This document shows positions 59,662-64,000 of a stretch of 64,000 bases of DNA, piece after piece. Positions within the stretch are counted from its first letter, which is position 1. Every line of letters starts with the position of its first letter. This DNA comes from Octopus sinensis (taxonomy: Eukaryota). The stretch spans positions 137,843-201,842 of the forward strand of contig NW_021835994.1 of NCBI RefSeq assembly GCF_006345805.1, given 5' to 3'. The notes beneath the pieces are model-generated. The model was not told the DNA's origin, made no database searches, and saw only the letters and a program-made list of their open reading frames with translations. The position numbers and the translations under genes are program-made.

Positions 59662-61470
59662 TCACCAGGTTTTACTCCACAAAAAATGATGGACTCGCTT
59701 ACTAATAACAGGCCCAACTCTTCTACACAATCACAAGTTGATAAAACCGTCTCCCATCTGAAATATTAGCCAACATGGACAGTCGACTGTCATCATCTGG
59801 ACAAGACCGATATGCCTCAATCAACCTCCCCAGACTGCCATACTTCGTGGCGATCGCGGAACTCTTCATGACCGACATTCCTTCCACCTGACACAACACC
59901 ACCATCGTCAGCATTGCAGACCCGGATATGTCCTCCAATATACCAATACCACTACTATCGATTTCCCAAAACGGCGGGAAAAATCTGAAAATGAATAGAA
60001 TATTGCATCTTCTTTCCCGCGCTTTTCCAATACTTGTTCAATCGGCTTCACGTGGATGTCGACTCCCTGCAATGTGGGATGGGAATACCCTAAATTGGCT
60101 GCTCAGGTGACTGTGGACGGTCTTGAGCAACCTGGCAGTGGAAACTGAGTTGAATGTGCGATAAACACGAATTTGGTCGATGATCAACAAATAGAGAGGG
60201 AATACTTGTATGTTACATATGGCCTGTTGGAGAGAGGACGAGTTGAGTGAGCAGTAGAGTGCCCCCTTTTCTACCATCCTCGACCACATACATTATATTC
60301 CTAATTCCTGTCGTTTTTGAGGCGATGCTGTCATTTTAGGCCTGTCCAATACCTTCTGCTCGTGGAGACGTCCGTCAATTATAGACGAGGCAGGTCGTCA
60401 ATTCGTTTCCTCTCCACAATAAAATCAAGCACCACAAATCGTCATCATCTATTATATATTTATTTATTAAAATAAATATTATATATATTTAAATATATAT
60501 TTAAACAATATTTAAATAAATAAACAAATTAATTAATTACTCACGTGGACACACAGGGTGCTCAGAATGCCTTGATACACCCACAAATAATCCCCCACAA
60601 CCAGTTTGGGTGACACAGTAGTCAATACTGGCCAACTCCCGGAAGAGCTGTTCATTCCGATTCCCACAGAACTCACAATATCCACGTACAGCACAATCCG
60701 CCCTCCCTCACCGGATGCACTACACCGTACTCGTCCTCTCCTCCTCCTCCTCCTGTCAACTCACTCGACTGAGCCCCGAGCCCGCCAATTTATTTCCGCG
60801 CTGATGGTTACCCACAGTCTGGTCCCTTCTGGTGTCAGACAGTACCTTAAATATACAAAATGGTATATTTTCACTCATTGCTGTTTTTTTTCTTCCCGAC
60901 GACTTTTAATTTAAGTAAATTTTTCATAGATTTCCATATTTTCTGAGTCGTCTATTATTTAAATAAATAAATATACCAATGTTGTCGACGTGGGTGATGT
61001 ACTTTTTCGATCTTTGAATAAGAACAGCCTTAGTTGCTCGATCATTCTCGTTGTTCTACATTGACGAAGAAAGAAAAAACCCTCAGTTAAGCCATTATTA
61101 AGCCATAACCGGCAGATCCCTCAGAATATGACGACACTGGGCGAGTTGGATTGCAAGGATTTGTAGTCCTTGTTGTCTCAGGATTGTCTGTGCCAGTCTT
61201 TGGTCGACCATGCACACAATTAGGTCCAAAACCCTCCAGGATTTTACAATCGTTGCCTGATTTGATTCGGATAGGGAATTTCCTTAGGGAGGCTGCGGCC
61301 TATTGGAATAGATGTTAGGTTAGTACTTTCTGTATATAAACTTTGACATGAGTCCATCTTTGAGGATTGGTCTTGTAGTTCTTTAAGCCATTTAGGATAT
61401 CAACGTTGGGATTTTGTTTATTATTTTTACTTTTCTTTTTTGTTATCAACAGAGCACCACCTGACTCCAT
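59662..61470 (-). CDS. MUS81: MUS81, copy 2 (many small indels; low-quality sequence or pseudogene)
   Basis: Collinear with 31502-33267; numerous 1-3 bp indels, mostly in homopolymers. Confidence 0.75.
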
Positions 61471-61785
61471 TTTTTGAATATTTTATTTATTACGAGATTA
61501 GTAAGGCCAATTTATATTATTAAAAGAATTAAAAATAATTGGTATATATTAAAAACACAAATGAATTAAATTAATCTATTTTATATAAAAGAAATTATTT
61601 ATATATGGAAAATTTTGTTAAAAAAGGCAGTCTGTCTTTCCCTCCATTTTTGCTGAGATGTAAAAATGGATGGTTAACCATTAAAAATCAAATCACATTT
61701 TTGATGAGGAAACACATTTTCCTTCATTTTCGAAGAGAAACAAAATTTTTTGAACTCTCCTTTGCCTCATTCGTCGTCCCTACAA

Positions 61786-63294
61786 TCAAACCCCCTCAAA
61801 CTCTCAATTTTTAGCACTCATCTCCTCCCTCTCGTATTTCCTCCTCACCAACGACCTCATCCATTTGTGTTTGAGGGCACTGCAGGGGTCATCCTCCGTG
61901 CTGGATCCCACCTAAATGATGAATGACGTCATCACACAACTCGAGACATTTGGCTATAAAATCGACAAAAATCGTGTCGTTTGAGCCGACAGCAGACGCG
62001 AGAGATTTGGGAGGCGGGTTTGGACTTTCTTCTGCATTTGGAGGTGACAGTCAGTTTGTTATTTGAATCTAAACTCATTTTGTATATTTGACCAAAAAAA
62101 TAGCTTTTCCTGGAAGAATTGGCAATCATGTGATGGGGCGGGTAGTCGAGAATCTGAATTATGTAAGACAACTGTTCGTGCTCGTTCTCCCCAGGGAAGA
62201 GTGGATTCCCCGTGTACAACTCCGCAAGGATGCACCCGAGACTCACATGTCAATCACGTGAATACGGAATCCCCAGGATCACTTCCGGGGCTCGGTAGAA
62301 CCGGGACTGGAGTGGAAAAAACCTAATATCAACAGGACTGACCAACAAACTCGTTTATCCTCGTGACAACTTGACCCAAAGTCAATTTATTTGTGCATTG
62401 CTTTGGCTGTTTTTTGAGTAGTAGAATATGTTCTCCTGTGGGTTGAGTAGGGGATACGGGTTTGAGGTCACAGTGGATGATTTTTCTCCTTGTAGAGCAA
62501 GACCAGGCTTTTGGAGAAGTTTGTGTAGTTCAGTTTCCGAATTGTGCCCAAACTCATCCCTCCAAAGTTATTTCTTTTCAAAGCTCGTATAAACTTGTTC
62601 TAAACACTAAAAACTCCCCAAACCCCAAGTTCAAAACAATGCACAATGATTACGAAAGTAAAATACTCGTTCATGTGGACAACATTGTACAAATTTTGGT
62701 ATCCTTTCGCAGGATTTTGTCCAACATTTCCACCTCCATCAACGCCTGTTGGTGGAATCTACCCTCGTCAGGAGAACTGACCTTCGTTTGTTGCGAATAA
62801 GTTTAACTGCCACTGTGCGGTCTAATTTGTGGTCGTGGCATTTGAGGACCTGCCCGAAGGCCCTTTTCCTAATTCCTCGATGACTGGAATCGGTAGTGGA
62901 GGTGGTCGTTGATGGTCTGTTGGCGGGGACGGAATACTTTTATGTAAAATCCCTGCTCGTTGTCAATCCGTTGTTGTTTTTAACTCGTTTGTTTCCCGTT
63001 TTGCTCGCATTTGACCCAAAATACCAAATTTGTTTGTATTTGAGTATTTCCGACTGCTCGAATGTGGTCAACTTGTTTCCAAAATGGAGCAAGCAGTCTA
63101 TTTAAATATTATTTCCAGACCTCTCCCCTCATTGGGAGTTGGGCCCTCTCGGCATTGGTGTGTTGCTGACTCTGCCTTGGAGAGACATTTTTTCGGTTTG
63201 TTTTTTGAGTCCTGTCCACACGTTGTTTAATCTCGGGGAGAACGGTTCTGTCGGAAGAGATTTTGTTATGATTCAACCAGTTATGTTTATCCAT
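61786..63294 (-). CDS. DYRK4: DYRK4-like kinase, copy 2 (many small indels)
   Basis: Collinear with 33585-35096. Confidence 0.75.
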
Positions 63295-64000
63295 AAAAGG
63301 GAGACTATCAATATAATCCGAAATAACAGCACATAATAATTAGAGAATAAATATATATTACCCCTATCGATCAGCTTGCTTTGATGGCTTAAAATGCTGA
63401 CAATCGATTCAATGTCACAATTCCCCTTTGTTCTTGTAAGTAGGATTTACCTTTGTTGACCTTTGTGTATTATTTTTATTAGAGTTATTCTTTTGGTTAT
63501 ATATTCTAATAAATTATGTTGGTGTTGGTTGAATTAATTATGTGAATTTTAATCATTAAATAATAATTAATTTTATAATTTAGGTCGACGTGGGGGTAAA
63601 GTAATGATCCCCTCGATTTGTATCATTTCCGAGAGTAAATTTTTAATAATTTACATTTTTAAAAACAAGTTATTCGAACGGTCAAATTAAAAAAATGAAG
63701 AAATACTTGCCTCATCTCTGCAAGTGACGAATATTACAAATCTTAATAATCAAGTACGAGCGATTATGCAGTCGTTTGTCCGAGGTGGACACCAAGGGAG
63801 TGGAACCCATGTGTTTTCCAACGAAGACGAATTGTGTTCCGAATATATTCCATTCTATGGCGCCCTCTCTGAGATCAGACTCCGAAAGCAATGATATTGA
63901 TAAAAGTATAATATTCAAAACAACACAAAATTCTGTCCACGAAGTTCTGTCAGATTATTTTGTAGTTAAAATTAATTTAAATAATATTAATTCCAAACAT

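Larger units (their letters stand above)
50872..64000 (+). repeat. Second copy of the block 9690->35781 (segmental duplication or second haplotype)
   Basis: Constant offset of 41180 through HSD17B7/CNOT7, same gene order, a few percent substitutions and different TE content; runs off the window end. Confidence 0.95.

Overview
AT-rich eukaryotic genomic DNA. About three quarters of the window is nested transposon sequence: Helitrons carrying 96-bp satellites, hAT/Buster, Tc1/IS630, Ginger-like integrase elements, and RLE- and APE-type non-LTR retrotransposons. Between these lie compact host-gene islands whose genes are split by very short (mostly 21-30 nt) GT-AG introns, which hides them from the ORF track. 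With those introns removed I can read HSD17B7-like ketosteroid reductase, CAF1/CNOT7, Cu/Zn SOD1, MUS81 and a DYRK4-like kinase. The whole five-gene block occurs twice (9690->35781 and 50872->64000, offset ~41.2 kb), giving filled/empty comparisons for several insertions. The standout is a near-intact APE-RT LINE (42.6-47.2 kb, minus strand) whose ORF1 starts with an in-frame histone H3 N-terminal tail (residues 1-27, all six lysines retained) and no histone fold. The hAT and Ginger transposase genes also carry host-style tiny introns, and one Helitron sits inside a 25-nt intron. The organism is not identifiable with certainty; tiny introns plus animal-like genes would fit a highly derived animal such as a dicyemid (inference). 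Many single-base frameshifts fall in homopolymers and may be long-read errors. Family assignments are from motif recognition, not database searches.
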